DNA of 64,000 nucleotides from Magnetococcales bacterium (GCA_015234045.1 JADFWU010000016.1:239-64238); one strand, 5' to 3'; shown: positions 49,795 to 62,000, numbered from the stretch's first letter. Notes: a model not told the origin generated them from the letters alone. Made by a program: numbers and translations.

Positions 49795-51012
49795 CTACGT
49801 TCGATAATCCGCATTAATTGAGACATAGCCCTGTGAAAGATCACTGGTCCAAACAGTATGGTGTGCATCACCGAGGTTCAGATTGATATGAATGGCAATC
49901 TCTTCCTTTTGCATAACGGCTTTTCCAGCTTGTTCGGTATAGCGCCCTGCCCGCCCGCCTTTTGAGACGATCTGCACATCCCCAAGAAAGATATCCACTG
50001 CATCCACATCCAACGGCACTTCCGCATAGCCTACCGCAGCGAGGATACGTCCCCAGTTTGGATCATTGCCATAGCATGCGGTTTTGACCAACGGGCTTTT
50101 TGCCACAGTCATTGCAATCTGTTTGGCATCACTGACACTCCGCGCACCAGATACAGTGACCGATATGAACTTGGTCGCCCCTTCCGCATCTTTAATGATC
50201 CAATGAGCCAAAGCCTGACAGATTTCATTGATCGCATCAGCCACCGGTTTAGCGGAAGGATGATCAGCATCGGTGATTTCAGGCAAACCAGCGGCACCAG
50301 ACGCAAACAGCAGGACAGTGTCGTTGGTGGATGTATCGCCATCCACAGTGATACTGTTAAAGCTGTTGGTCATGGCGCGTTTGAGCATTGTTTGCAGTGC
50401 GGGCGCGGCCACTGTAGCATCGGTAAACAGATAGACCAGCAGTGTTGCCATATTGGGATGAATCATCCCCGCCCCTTTGGCAATACCAACAATATTGGCA
50501 TCACCTTCTGGCGTGGCAATGATACGGCTTTCCACCTTTGGAAAAGTATCGGTGGTCATGATGGCTTTAGCCGCCTGATCCCAACTGGCAGATTTAGCCT
50601 TTATTGCCATCTCTTTGATCACTGCCAAAGGCTTTTCAACGGGCAGCGCTTCACCAATCACACCGGTTGAGCTGACAAACACATGATCATCCGGTGCATT
50701 CAGAGCATCGGAAACGGCATGAGAGAGCGCCAAGGCATCCAGCATACCTTGCGGACCATTACAGGCATTTGCATTCCCAGAATTGACCAGCAAACCACGT
50801 GCTGTCTGTTCAGACAAACGATCCCGACAGAGTTGAACTGGCGCAGCAACCACTTGATTTCGTGTAAAAACACCAGCCACCGATGCAGCTGGTTCCATAC
50901 GAACCAGCAATAAATCCTGCTTACCATTGGCTTTAATGCCACAGGCCGCAGTAGAGAGTTTAAAACCAGCGACTTCTGGCGCTTCCAAAGAAGGCGGGAT
51001 GCCCACTGCCAT
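49795..51012 (-). CDS. argJ: Glutamate N-acetyltransferase (ornithine acetyltransferase)
   Basis: NSGNANA, STGVIG, IMTTDT, KGAGMIHPNMAT, DGDTSTND, DAEGATK, DPNWGRI, INADYRT. Confidence 0.97.
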   Translation of the reverse strand: MAVGIPPSLEAPEVAGFKLSTAACGIKANGKQDLLLVRMEPAASVAGVFTRNQVVAAPVQLCRDRLSEQTARGLLVNSGNANACNGPQGMLDALALSHAVSDALNAPDDHVFVSSTGVIGEALPVEKPLAVIKEMAIKAKSASWDQAAKAIMTTDTFPKVESRIIATPEGDANIVGIAKGAGMIHPNMATLLVYLFTDATVAAPALQTMLKRAMTNSFNSITVDGDTSTNDTVLLFASGAAGLPEITDADHPSAKPVADAINEICQALAHWIIKDAEGATKFISVTVSGARSVSDAKQIAMTVAKSPLVKTACYGNDPNWGRILAAVGYAEVPLDVDAVDIFLGDVQIVSKGGRAGRYTEQAGKAVMQKEEIAIHINLNLGDAHHTVWTSDLSQGYVSINADYRT

Positions 51013-51112
51013 GTTTTACGCTCCTCAAAGGTTCTTTTTTTTGTTGGAATAGTTCATCATTGCACCTGTCTATTGTATTCGGACCACTAACAACAATGAA
51101 AGAGGAAAACCC

Positions 51113-51754
51113 ATGCGTGGTCGTAGTGTTCGTTTCAACCTGTTGATGATCGTATTGGCAGTGCTGGTTTCCGGCTGTCATTTGGTCACTTTTGAAATTC
51201 CTGAGGAAGCCTTACCAGCCCCACTTGAGATGGATCGTCTGGTCGGACAGTGGAAAGGTTCCGGCGGTTCACCCATTCAATCCATGACCATTTCCAAGGG
51301 TGAAAATGGATGGATGTTGGCTGATGTCATTGAAGAAGAGCAACAGAAGCTCACCTTTCGTTTCCGCATTGCGCAAATGACCCAATGGACGGTTTGGCTT
51401 CAGGACATGTCCTCTCACGAGCGCACACTGAAAGACGGCAAGAAACAGAAGCCGTTCCCTTTCTCCGCCTATCTTACCTATGGGCTTGAAGAGAGAGATG
51501 GCATGGTCGCGTTATACCCTTTGGACAATTCTGGAGTGATGCGTGATATTGGCTTAGGTCGTATTGGCGGCACATTGATCAATCGGTGCGATCCTGAGAT
51601 TCCTGGTTTTGGCTCCAGCGAGACATGTGTAAACCCTGATGCACCGTTGATTTACAAAACGACTGGTGTGGATTTGGGTGCCTATTTGAAGATGGCAGCA
51701 GCGTGGGCATTTCAGAAGAGACCGGCGTTGATTTTATCGCCAATGGAAAAGTAG
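51113..51754 (+). CDS. Lipoprotein of unknown function
   Basis: Lipobox LVSG-C after a basic/hydrophobic leader; LVGQW motif. Confidence 0.75.
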   Translation: MRGRSVRFNLLMIVLAVLVSGCHLVTFEIPEEALPAPLEMDRLVGQWKGSGGSPIQSMTISKGENGWMLADVIEEEQQKLTFRFRIAQMTQWTVWLQDMSSHERTLKDGKKQKPFPFSAYLTYGLEERDGMVALYPLDNSGVMRDIGLGRIGGTLINRCDPEIPGFGSSETCVNPDAPLIYKTTGVDLGAYLKMAAAWAFQKRPALILSPMEK

Positions 51755-51805
51755 CCGCAGGAAGCTGGGGACCGTCACGGTCCCCAGCGGATCTTGCAAA
51801 CAGGA

Positions 51806-52096
51806 TCACCCTTCACCCATAAAAACATCATCCAATGACTGGGCATCAAGCACGCGATCTCCCCAAAGCTCCAGAACAGATTGATCAGCGACTGTCACTT
51901 TCTCAACGATCCAGTTTGGTAACGCACCAAATCTCCGCCCTAGCAGTCTAAGAAGGAGCTTGACCTCCCCCTTTTGTTCACCTTCCTGCCGGCCTTCCTG
52001 CCGGCCTTTTGCGATCATCTCTTTGGCAAATCGAGAAGCATACTGTTTTGAATCGCCTGGGAAAGCCTCTTCTGTAAAGGCTTGAATACTACTCAT
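51806..52096 (-). CDS. Stand-alone Rpn-type C-terminal (DUF4351-like) protein or 5'-truncated Rpn remnant
   Basis: KGRQEGRQEGEQKG repeats, LLRLLGRRFG.LP, LELWGDRVLDAQSLDDVF. Confidence 0.75.
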   Translation of the reverse strand: MSSIQAFTEEAFPGDSKQYASRFAKEMIAKGRQEGRQEGEQKGEVKLLLRLLGRRFGALPNWIVEKVTVADQSVLELWGDRVLDAQSLDDVFMGEG

Positions 52097-52204
52097 ATCG
52101 AAATCCTCACTCGCTTGAACCAGATACAGTAAAGCGCGTTGAGCAAGCTCTGCATCATTATGAAGCGCCCGACCAATTGAAGCGAGTCTCTTTCATCAAA
52201 CGCT

Positions 52205-54478
52205 CTATTTTCCCTTACTCTGTGCCTCTACAACCGCCAAGGCAGCCATATTAACAATACCTCTGGCATTTACTGCTGGAACCAACACATGAGCAGGCAG
52301 GGCCGCGCCGAGCAAAATCGGCCCAACCGACACACTATCATTCAACTCAGCCAACAGGTTAAACGATGCGTTAGCCGCCTCAAGCGTTGGCATAACCAGA
52401 AGATTTGCCCGCCCGATCAATCGGGAGTTCGGGAAGATTTTCTCACGCAAAACGGGATCTAATGCAGCATTGGCACGCATTTCACCTTCGACTTCCAAGT
52501 CAGGGGCTTCTTTGTTGAGAAGACGCACCGCCTCACGCATCTTCACAGCGGAGCCGTCATCAGACGCACCGAAGTTAGAATGAGAAATCAACGCCACTTT
52601 GGGTGGAATACCGAACCGCCGGACAACTTCAGCCGCCTGAAGCGTCAAATCAGTCAGGGCTTCGGGATCAGGATCAGGTTGAACATGGGTATCCGTGATA
52701 AAGAACGTACCTTTGGGTGTCACAGTCACCACCAAGGCCGCTGGACGCTTCACATCGTCACGCAGACCGATCACATCCTGGACATGACGCAAATGCCATT
52801 CATAACGACCGAATGTGCCACAGATCATTGCGTCAGCATCTTTGCGCTTAACCATCAACGCAGCAATAACCGTATTGTTGGTACGTGCAATCATCTGCGC
52901 TTCTTTTACTGAGACACCACGCCGTTCCATCAGACCATGGTACGCTTCCCAATAGTCACGATAGCGGGGATCAGACTCAGGATTGCACACTTCGAAATCC
53001 CGATTCGGACGGATACGCAAGCCCAGTTTATCGATTCGGCTCTGCATCACCTCTGGACGACCAACAAGGATTGGTATTGCAATCCCTTCATCCAAAAGCA
53101 CCTGTGTCGCACGTAGTACACGGGTCTCTTCACCTTCGGCGAACACCAATCGGCGTGGATCACTTCGGGCTTTATCGACTACCGGTTTCATCAACATCGA
53201 ACAACGACAGATAAAGCGATTCAATCGCTCTTTATATTGCTCAAAATCATCAATGGGCCGTGTAGCCACACCGGATTCCATAGCCGCTTTGGCAACTGCC
53301 GGTGCAATTTTCAAAATCAAACGCGGGTCAAATGGTTTGGGAATGAGATATTCAGGACCAAAGGTTAAATCCTCATTGGCATAGGCATCGGCAACATCTT
53401 CAGAGGATTCCACCAAGGCAAGATCAGCAATGGCATCCACACAGGCCAACTTCATCTCTTCATTGATACAGGTGGCACCGACATCCAATGCGCCTCTGAA
53501 CAGAAACGGAAAACAGAGGACATTGTTTACCTGGTTGGGATAATCCGAGCGACCGGTTGCGATGAGTGCATGAGGTCGCACCTTGCGGGCCTCTTCGGGA
53601 CGGATCTCCGGCTCTGGATTGGCCAAAGCCAGGATAAGCGGCTTTTCAGCCATTTTATCGACCAATTCCGGCTTCAAAAGACCACCGGATGAGACACCGA
53701 GGAAAATATCCGCGCCTTCCATCACCTCATCCAAAGTGCGCAAATCCGTATCCTGGGCAAATTCGGCCTTTTGCGCGGACATATTTTCCGTACGCCCTTT
53801 GAAGATCACACCAGCGCGATCCACCAGATATATGTTTTTGCGTGGCAAGCCCATACCCATCAACAAATTCAAGCATGCGATACCCGCTGCGCCACCGCCG
53901 ATGGAGACAAGCTTCATCTCTTCGAGAGGTTTATCCATCAGACGCATGGCATTGCGTACCGCAGCACCGGCGATTATGGCAGTGCCGTGCTGATCATCAT
54001 GAAAAACCGGAATATTGAGCCGCTCTTTCAACTCTTTTTCAACCCGAAAACATTCGGGCGCTTTGATATCTTCAAGGTTGATACCACCGAAAGTCGGCTC
54101 CAAGGCGGCGACGATATCAATGAGTTTATCTGGATCGCTTTCGTTGACCTCGATATCAAACACATCAATACCAGCGAAGGCTTTAAACAAAACCGCCTTA
54201 CCCTCCATAACCGGCTTGGCAGCTAACGGACCAATATTGCCCAAACCAAGCACAGCCGTACCGTTGGAAATTACGGCAACCAGATTGCCACGGGCGGTCA
54301 AATTGGCAACTTCATGTGGATCTTCCACAATAGCATCGCACGCAGCCGCAACGCCTGGCGAGTAAGCCAAGGCCAGATCACGTTGATTTGAAAGCGGTTT
54401 AGTGGCGACTATCGCCAATTTGCCGGGTTTGGGTTGGCGGTGATAACGAAGGGCGGTTTCTTTGAGATCAGAAATCAT
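52205..54478 (-). CDS. maeB: NADP-dependent malic enzyme with PTA-like domain
   Basis: [57 protein letters not shown]; C-terminal FAEGEE PTA domain. Confidence 0.97.
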   Translation of the reverse strand: MISDLKETALRYHRQPKPGKLAIVATKPLSNQRDLALAYSPGVAAACDAIVEDPHEVANLTARGNLVAVISNGTAVLGLGNIGPLAAKPVMEGKAVLFKAFAGIDVFDIEVNESDPDKLIDIVAALEPTFGGINLEDIKAPECFRVEKELKERLNIPVFHDDQHGTAIIAGAAVRNAMRLMDKPLEEMKLVSIGGGAAGIACLNLLMGMGLPRKNIYLVDRAGVIFKGRTENMSAQKAEFAQDTDLRTLDEVMEGADIFLGVSSGGLLKPELVDKMAEKPLILALANPEPEIRPEEARKVRPHALIATGRSDYPNQVNNVLCFPFLFRGALDVGATCINEEMKLACVDAIADLALVESSEDVADAYANEDLTFGPEYLIPKPFDPRLILKIAPAVAKAAMESGVATRPIDDFEQYKERLNRFICRCSMLMKPVVDKARSDPRRLVFAEGEETRVLRATQVLLDEGIAIPILVGRPEVMQSRIDKLGLRIRPNRDFEVCNPESDPRYRDYWEAYHGLMERRGVSVKEAQMIARTNNTVIAALMVKRKDADAMICGTFGRYEWHLRHVQDVIGLRDDVKRPAALVVTVTPKGTFFITDTHVQPDPDPEALTDLTLQAAEVVRRFGIPPKVALISHSNFGASDDGSAVKMREAVRLLNKEAPDLEVEGEMRANAALDPVLREKIFPNSRLIGRANLLVMPTLEAANASFNLLAELNDSVSVGPILLGAALPAHVLVPAVNARGIVNMAALAVVEAQSKGK

Positions 54479-54852
54479 GAAAAGTCCATCAAGTGGCTAA
54501 ACATTCTAAAAGGTTTCAACACGCTTTAAATCAACCACATTGCCCGGTTAGAAGCAAGCATCTCATTCACTGATACGGGGTATTGATATAGTGTCGTAAA
54601 CCACTCAGACATACAGCATTAACTTAATAATTATTTATTGACAATTATTAGCTGTATTTTTAACTGAAACATGTTAATTACATTAAGCTATCACAAAAAA
54701 TATACAATTTAACTTGATATGATATTCATTGCTGCTATTATAGATATGAGTTGTTTTAGAATCATTGATAAAAATTAAGATCTTTCGAGATTAATGTTGT
54801 GATTTTGTCACAATTAAGACGTTTTATAACCTAACATTCTGAGAGGTGGGTT

Positions 54853-55374
54853 ATGGGAGAACCATATATCGGCGAGGTTCGCATTGTCGGCTTTGACTAT
54901 GCACCAGTTGGCTGGGCCAAATGTGATGGTCAGACGTTATCAATAAACCAAAATCAAACACTGTTTGCACAACTCGGTGTAACATATGGTGGCAATGGGA
55001 TAACCGATTTCAAATTGCCAGATTTGCGTGGGCGCGTACCCATTCATTTTGGCGATAGTTTCGGCGGGGTCTATTTGCGAGGCCAACTCGGTGGCGTACC
55101 ATCGACCAATTTACACGAAGAACAGATGGCCACCCATAGTCATTACATCAGAGGATGCCCAGACACAGCTGACACAGCTTTACCGGATCAGGCACTGTTC
55201 GCAAGCACTGACGACAAAAATGTCTATGAAAATATTGACACAGGTTCTTTGGTTCAGCTTCCAGCAGACACGGTAAATTCAACTGGTCAAGGTGCAGGAC
55301 ATCCGAACACGCAACCGACCCTGGTTTTGAACTTCATCATTGCTCTGCGTGGTCTTTGGCCACCACGGGATTAG
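54853..55374 (+). CDS. Phage tail-collar domain protein 1 (microcystin-dependent protein-like)
   Basis: PYIGEVR...FDYAPVGWAKCDGQ...LG.TYGG.G...F.LPDLRGR...H.H...QP.LVLNFIIAL.G.WP. Confidence 0.92.
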   Translation: MGEPYIGEVRIVGFDYAPVGWAKCDGQTLSINQNQTLFAQLGVTYGGNGITDFKLPDLRGRVPIHFGDSFGGVYLRGQLGGVPSTNLHEEQMATHSHYIRGCPDTADTALPDQALFASTDDKNVYENIDTGSLVQLPADTVNSTGQGAGHPNTQPTLVLNFIIALRGLWPPRD

Positions 55375-55387
55375 CAGGAGATAAAAA

Positions 55388-55918
55388 ATGGATCCATTTA
55401 TTGGTGAAATCAGAATGTTTACTGGCAATTTTGCACCAAGATTGTGGGCATTTTGCGATGGACAATATGTGACACCTCAGCAACACAGTTCACTTTTTGC
55501 TCTTATTGGTGCCACTTATGGTGGAGATGGGTACACAAAGAGTGCACTACCTGACCTACGTGGACGCCTCCCTGCACACTACGGCCAAGGCCCAGGTACA
55601 GACTACTACATTCAAGGCATGACTCCTGGTTACGAGAGAATTCCCCTTTCAATCAGTCAATTGCCTAGCCATCGCCACTCAGTCTCTGCCTCTGGAGATC
55701 CTGCAAACGAATCAGCAATTACAGCAAACTCAAATGAGTCTGTTGCTCTAACAGATAGTCGGACGCTGATCTATACAGAAGACAAATCGTCCATGAAAAC
55801 CATGGACAGCGACACAGTGCAGGTAACCGGGAACTCATTACCACATAACAACATGATGCCATACACTGTTGTTAATTTTATTATTGCCCTTGAAGGTGAG
55901 TGGCCGAGCAGAACTTGA
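55388..55918 (+). CDS. Phage tail-collar domain protein 2
   Basis: MDPFIGEIRMFTGNFAP..WAFCDGQ...LPDLRGR...LPSHRH...HNNMMPY..VNFIIALEG. Confidence 0.92.
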   Translation: MDPFIGEIRMFTGNFAPRLWAFCDGQYVTPQQHSSLFALIGATYGGDGYTKSALPDLRGRLPAHYGQGPGTDYYIQGMTPGYERIPLSISQLPSHRHSVSASGDPANESAITANSNESVALTDSRTLIYTEDKSSMKTMDSDTVQVTGNSLPHNNMMPYTVVNFIIALEGEWPSRT

Positions 55919-55933
55919 TAAAGGAGACGTAAA

Positions 55934-56488
55934 ATGGCAGACCCATTTATCGGTCAAATCACTATCATGGCAGGCAGCTATGCACCCAAAGGCCATGCTT
56001 TCTGTGATGGTCAGATACTTAGTATTCAGCAAAACCCCGAACTCTACAGTATTATTGGTATAGGTTATGGCGGTGATGGCCGCTCCACTTTTGGAGTACC
56101 TGACATGAGGGGCCGTGCACCACTAGGTGCAGGCTTTGGGACTGGACTGACTCCACACCCATTTAATGGAAATAAATATGGCGGTGAACCCCTCCATACG
56201 CTTTCAGTGGAAGAAATTCCGTCCCACACCCATACAATCAACACATCTCAAGCTAAAGCTGACTTAAACACACCATCTGCTGACACGTATGTTGGCAGAC
56301 CTCAAGCAATGAAACGCAGAACGTTTTCTGACTTTTTTATGTACAGTCAGGATTTCATTCAAGAAGTTCAAATGAGCAACGCAGCCATGGGCGCAGCAGG
56401 CGCAAGTCAGCCACATGAAAACAGGCAGCCCTTTTCTGTGTTGTCATTTGTCATTGCATTGGCAGGAACCTATCCCCAACACAGTTAA
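55934..56488 (+). CDS. Phage tail-collar domain protein 3
   Basis: MADPFIGQI...YAP.G.AFCDGQ...YGGDGRSTFG.PDMRGR...IPSHTH...HENRQPF..L.F.IAL.G.YP. Confidence 0.92.
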   Translation: MADPFIGQITIMAGSYAPKGHAFCDGQILSIQQNPELYSIIGIGYGGDGRSTFGVPDMRGRAPLGAGFGTGLTPHPFNGNKYGGEPLHTLSVEEIPSHTHTINTSQAKADLNTPSADTYVGRPQAMKRRTFSDFFMYSQDFIQEVQMSNAAMGAAGASQPHENRQPFSVLSFVIALAGTYPQHS

Positions 56489-56517
56489 TCCAAAACAGGG
56501 ACCTCGGAAAAGTCTGA

Positions 56518-57051
56518 ATGACCATGTGCGTAGAAAACATAAAAATAGTACTGCGCCCTTTGGAAGAGGAAAAGGACTTGCTCTTCCTTCAGTATCTTTA
56601 CGATACCACACGCCATTGGGAAATGGTCCAGATCCAGCAGGCAGAAAACTGGACAACTGGAGAGATCATTGCTTTTTTGATCAACCAGTTTACGCTTCAA
56701 CATCGGCAGTATATGGACAATTACCCCAAGGCCGAACACCACATAATAGAGTGTAACAGCCTCCCGATTGGGAGGCTTTATGTGGAAACTCAAAAGCATG
56801 AGATCAGAATCATTGATATCGCTCTGGTGCCAGAATATCAACAACAAGGTATCGGAGGGAGACTGATTCAAAGGGCGCTAAAACGAGGCGAAAATCTGGG
56901 GTTGCCGGTTTCCATTCATGTGGAAAACAATAATCCGGCTATGACACTGTATCAGCGTCTTGGTTTCAAAAAAATTGACGAAGTCGGCATCTATCATCTG
57001 ATGCGTTGGCATCCTGATGACAGAGAGTCAGATTCATTTGATGCGGCCTAG
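56518..57051 (+). CDS. GNAT N-acetyltransferase
   Basis: QF..QH..Y...YP.A, GRLYV, IIDIALVPEYQQQGIGG.L, IHVE.NNPA..LY.RLGF. Confidence 0.9.
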   Translation: MTMCVENIKIVLRPLEEEKDLLFLQYLYDTTRHWEMVQIQQAENWTTGEIIAFLINQFTLQHRQYMDNYPKAEHHIIECNSLPIGRLYVETQKHEIRIIDIALVPEYQQQGIGGRLIQRALKRGENLGLPVSIHVENNNPAMTLYQRLGFKKIDEVGIYHLMRWHPDDRESDSFDAA

Positions 57052-57080
57052 AGCATATTATAAAATTAGACAATGAATCA

Positions 57081-57198
57081 CAACCTGAGTGGAAGCCCTG
57101 GTGATGTTTTTGCGCCGCTTTTGATATGCGAAGCAGATCATCAGAGCAAAAACATCACCAGGGCTAGAACACTGTTCAAATTTTAGACAAAAACACTA
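57081..57198. repeat. Family B repeat with a perfect 20-bp stem, between convergent genes
   Basis: AGCCCTGGTGATGTTTTTGC (57094-57113) pairs with GCAAAAACATCACCAGGGCT (57146-57165); homologous to 36174-36296. Confidence 0.8.
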
Positions 57199-57258
57199 TG
57201 ACATCGGTGGACAGCAAAGGATGATGTAACAACTTCACCCTTTGCTGTCCATTTAGCA

Positions 57259-57654
57259 TCAACTAAAAATAGCCTGGAAATTGACACCTTCAACATAATT
57301 GTCGTCACTTTGGGCCAAGCTTTTCTGTTGTTCGACCGATTTTTCGACTGTTGCGGGCAACACAGGCACCATAAGGATCTGCATTGTGCCAATTTTGTCA
57401 TTGGACACGTCATAGCATCCCTGCTGTACCGGTGCCTTTCCTTTGGTTTCAAACATCAGGGAAAAGGGCAGACGACCGACAACACGCAAACGCTCTTTAT
57501 CAGACTCTTTGGAGGTCATTTTGGCTTCAATCAGTTCAGCCTCAATAACTTTTTCATCAATGGTAATGTTAAACATTTCGCCCACTAAAGGCTCAAATGT
57601 CGCACACCTTAACTGTTGAAGATCTGGCGATTTTAGAGTGGATTCTTCAGCCAT
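57259..57654 (-). CDS. DUF6916-like small protein
   Basis: F.PLVGE.F, L.E, R.PFSL.F, QG.Y, G...I.MVPV, C-terminal FQAIFS. Confidence 0.7.
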   Translation of the reverse strand: MAEESTLKSPDLQQLRCATFEPLVGEMFNITIDEKVIEAELIEAKMTSKESDKERLRVVGRLPFSLMFETKGKAPVQQGCYDVSNDKIGTMQILMVPVLPATVEKSVEQQKSLAQSDDNYVEGVNFQAIFS

Positions 57655-58100
57655 GGACTTTGCCTCACGAAACATTAAGTTAGATTACTTTAATGAAAGA
57701 ATGCATCACACATAATTAATTGTCAACCCAATATTTTACAATTACAGCGATATTATATTAAAATTAAACAGCTATAGGATTATTTGTTGTCCTTTTTTTA
57801 CCAGCATACAATCATTGCCTGACATATAGTGGTTCATCTATTCTCTGGATGCAGAATCATAATATGCGACACCATAATATCACTAATTATCTCATCCACT
57901 TCTTATTCTTGAAATATTGATTAAAATTATATATTATTGAGTATAGTTTGAAAGTTTAAACTTTATTGATAAGTTATTACTGTATCTTCATAAAGAAAAG
58001 CATCCTCAACCGTCTCTCAAAAATTGAGTTTAGATCGGGGTTCTGTGCCCCTGGAAGAGCCCCTAAGCTATTAACCTCACAACAAACCAAGACTATATCT

Positions 58101-58994
58101 ATGAGTCATAAAATTCACTTCATCTCTGGTCTTCCTCGTTCTGGCTCAACGTTGCTTGGCGCAATTCTTCGTCAGAATCCGCGATTCCAGGCAGGAATGA
58201 GCAGTCCTGTTTTTAATTTGTGTAGCGGATTAATCGCCATGATGAGTGCTGGTGGTGAGATGAACTTGATGATTCAAGACTCTCAAAAGCCAAACCTGGT
58301 CAGGAATCTCTTTACCAGCTACTACTCTGACCCTATTTTCCCAAAAAATATTGAAGTGATATTTGACACCAACAGAGGCTGGTGCGGGAAGCTACACACA
58401 GCCCTCGACCTCTTCCCCAATGCCAAAGTGATCTGTACGGTTCGTAACTTGGCTTGGATAATGGATAGCTTGGAACGCGTATTTCGAAAAAACCCCTACG
58501 AAAACACGAGACTGTTCGGGCCGACCCCCCATACAGGCAGTGTCTATGGCCGAGTTAATACTCTCTCTCAACCAAACAGCTTGGTTGGAAGCGCCTATCT
58601 TGCTCTACGTGAAGCGTTCTATAGCGAAAATTCCCAGGCCCTGTTGGTTGTGGATTATGAACTGCTCACGCGCCGTCCACACGAAGTCATGCCTTTGATT
58701 TATGAATTTATAGATGAACCCTGGTTTGAACACGATTTTGACAACGTTGAGTATGACGCACCTGATTTCGACCAGGCAGTTGGCGCACGTGGGCTGCATC
58801 ATGTGGCTAGAAAAGTCGAGTTCAAACCGCGCAAAAGTCTTCTGCCACCAGATCTATTTCAGCAATACAGTGATCAGGCTTTCTGGACTGACTTACGCGG
58901 CAGCGCAGCTAAAGTGATCGCACCTGAACAAAAAACCAAAAAAAATGAGATGACGGACATCTCACCCATGCTCCCAAAAGCAGGCGTTTTTTAA
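58101..58994 (+). CDS. Sulfotransferase-family protein
   Basis: HFISGLPRSGSTLLGAILRQNP (5'-PSB motif), FDTNRGW, KVICTVR...IMDS.E, HDFDNVEYD..FD....GLH. Start ATG 58101. Confidence 0.88.
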   Translation: MSHKIHFISGLPRSGSTLLGAILRQNPRFQAGMSSPVFNLCSGLIAMMSAGGEMNLMIQDSQKPNLVRNLFTSYYSDPIFPKNIEVIFDTNRGWCGKLHTALDLFPNAKVICTVRNLAWIMDSLERVFRKNPYENTRLFGPTPHTGSVYGRVNTLSQPNSLVGSAYLALREAFYSENSQALLVVDYELLTRRPHEVMPLIYEFIDEPWFEHDFDNVEYDAPDFDQAVGARGLHHVARKVEFKPRKSLLPPDLFQQYSDQAFWTDLRGSAAKVIAPEQKTKKNEMTDISPMLPKAGVF

Positions 58995-59030
58995 TCCCCC
59001 CTTCATGATTTGCTTGTTAGGAAAACAGCC

Positions 59031-62000
59031 ATGTCTCGTTTTTGTTCAATACTGGATTTTGTAAATCATAAGAAAAACATCTCTGGTCTTCAAAAACAGA
59101 AATCCACAATTTCTGCATTCAATCATGCCCCAGCCCCAGTCAACACAAATCATGCTTTCACTCTTGAACCACGCATTCTGTTTGATGCAGCTGGCGCTCT
59201 GACCATGATCAGTGAGGGTGAGATTAATGAAACCGACATGGACAACTGCGCTTGTGACAACGCCTTACCCATAACCCCGGACAATGGCAGTGATACTGCG
59301 GCAGAACTACTGAACTCGGCACTGCTAACACTTTCTGGAACAGAGAGTTCTACTGACGCGTTAGATTCCGAAGAACATATAGCCGACACGCCTCTCTCTT
59401 TGAACGCGAGACGAGAGATTGTTTTTATTGATCAAGCTATCGAAAATTATGGTGATTTACTCACCGGCGTATCATCCTCTGCTGAAATCGTGCTGATTGA
59501 CGGCGATGGAATCCATCAAATTACCGAATATTTAAAGAGTCAACAGGGGATTGACGCTATTCATATTCTTTCCCATGGTGGTATGGGATTTATTGAGCTA
59601 GGTGATGACCACCTCTCACTGGAAACATTAAATCAGGACCAATCAGCCATCCAGTCCTGGGGAAATGCACTCACTGAAAATGGAGATATTTTGCTCTATG
59701 GATGTAATGTAAGTGGAAATAGTGAGGGACAAGATTTTATTAGACAACTCTCTGAACTAACCGGTGCTGATGTTGCTGCCTCTGATGATATTACTGGACA
59801 TGCAACACTAAGCGGTAACTGGAATCTCGAATCTCAGACAGGTATTATTGAACCAAACTTTTCTATCACTGATAATATGAGCGATTCTTTTCTTCAGTCG
59901 CTTGCTGTTGTCAGTGGCACAGAGCTTTTGGAAGATATGGGGGCGGACACCACTGACGGAATCAACACTTCTGGATGGTCAACAAACAATACTTATTACT
60001 ACCTTACCGGCACTACTCATGATGCAACGGCCGTTGCCTATGTAGAAGTGGACACAAACTATATTAGCAAGTTTGATATTACTGAAATATATTTTGCTTG
60101 TACCGGGGATCAACCACTAGATGCTGGCGGATTTGTTTTAACTGGTTATAAAACTGATTCAACAACCGTAAGCTGGACTTCCAGTTATGAAACATATTCC
60201 CAGTTTTCCGCGAGCATTGTCTGGACTAATCTGACAAAGATTAAATTTTTTGCAGACTCCTCAAAAAATCAAGAAGCTAGCGCTTCTCCCTCTTGGATGG
60301 GCGTTGGTTCCATCACTTTTGGAACGGTAACAGAAGGAGGTGGCGACACCACGTCACCAACGGTTACCAGCGTTTCAGCCACCACAGCTGACGGCACATA
60401 TGGAATCAGTGACACCATTGACATAACAGTCACTTTCGATGAATCCGTCACCGTCACCGGCACGCCACAAATCACCCTGGAAACCGGCACTTCTGATGCC
60501 GTTGTGGACTACAGCAGCGGATCAGGCAGTGCAACACTGACTTTTCAATATACAATCAGTGCCGGTGAAAGCAGTTCGGATCTTGCCTACTTGAGCACCA
60601 GCGCTCTGGACCTTAATGGCGGCACCATTGCCGATTCCTCTGCCAATACCGCAACATTGACCTTGTCTACACCCGGTGCAGCCAACTCTTTGAGCAATAG
60701 CAAAGCCCTAGTGGTAGATGGCGTTGCACCAACGGTTTCCAGTGTTTCAGCCACCACAGCCGATGGCACATATGGAATCAGCGACACCATTGATATAACA
60801 GTCACCTTTGATGAATCCGTCACCGTCACCGGCACGCCACAAATCACCCTGGAAACCGGCACTTCTGATGCGATTGTTGACTACAGCAGCGGCTCTGGTA
60901 GCGCCACATTAACTTTCCAATATACCGTTAGCGCAGGCGAAACCAGCTCTGATCTGGACTACATAAGCACCAGTGCTCTGGCACTCAACAGCGGCACCAT
61001 CCTTGATTCCGCAGGCAATGCAGCCACGCTGACTCTGGCCTCTCCTGGCGCAGCCAACTCCCTTGGCAATAATAAAGCCCTGGCCTTGGATACAACAGCG
61101 CCTACGGTTACCGATGGTAATGTCTCCATCAGCGGCAGCAGTGGCACCTCTGGTGCGTACATAGTTGGTGATACAATCACCGCCACTTGGGACAACACCG
61201 GCTCCGGTGATAACAACAGCGACATCAATACCGTTACCGTTGATTTTAGCAGTTTCGGCGGCGGTGCAGCAGTATCAGCGACTAACAGTTCAGAAACCTG
61301 GACAGCCACCTATACCCTTGTCTCTGGTTCCATTGATGGTACCAGTCTGAACGTCAGTGTCACTGCCACTGATGATGCCAGCAACGCCACCACCACATCG
61401 GACAGCACCAATGCCACTGTTGACAACCAGGTAGCCACCGTTACCGATGGCAACCTCTCCATCACCAGCAGTGGCAGCGGCACGTCTGGAGCCTATATCA
61501 TCGGCGACACGATCACCGCCCAATGGGATAACACCGGCAGCGGCGACAACAATGGTGACATCTCTACAGTTACCATGGATTTCAGCAGTTTTGGCGGCGG
61601 TTCAGCGGTCTCTGCCACCAACAGTTCAGACACCTGGTCAGCATCATACACCGTTGTTTCAGGCTCCATTGACAGCAGCAGCCTGAATGTCTCAGCATCC
61701 GCCTCTGATGACGCTGGCAATAGCGCTACAACCACGAGTGACACATCCAATCTCACTTTGGATAATCAAGTACCCGTTGTCACAGATGGCAACATCTCTA
61801 TCACCAGTTCCGGCAGTGGCACCAGCGGCGCGTATATCGTTGGAGATACCGTCACCGTCCAGTGGGATAACACCGGCAGTGGCGACAATAACGGTGATAT
61901 TGCCTCCGTTACCGTGGATTTCTCCGCCTTTGGCGGCGGTGCTTCCGTCTCCGCAACCAACAGTTCAGACACATGGACCGCCTCTTACACCATCGTCTCC

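Noticed and set aside
54853-56488. Prophage or tailocin interpretation of the tail-collar genes
   Set aside because: No sheath, tube, baseplate, capsid, terminase, integrase or lysis genes nearby.
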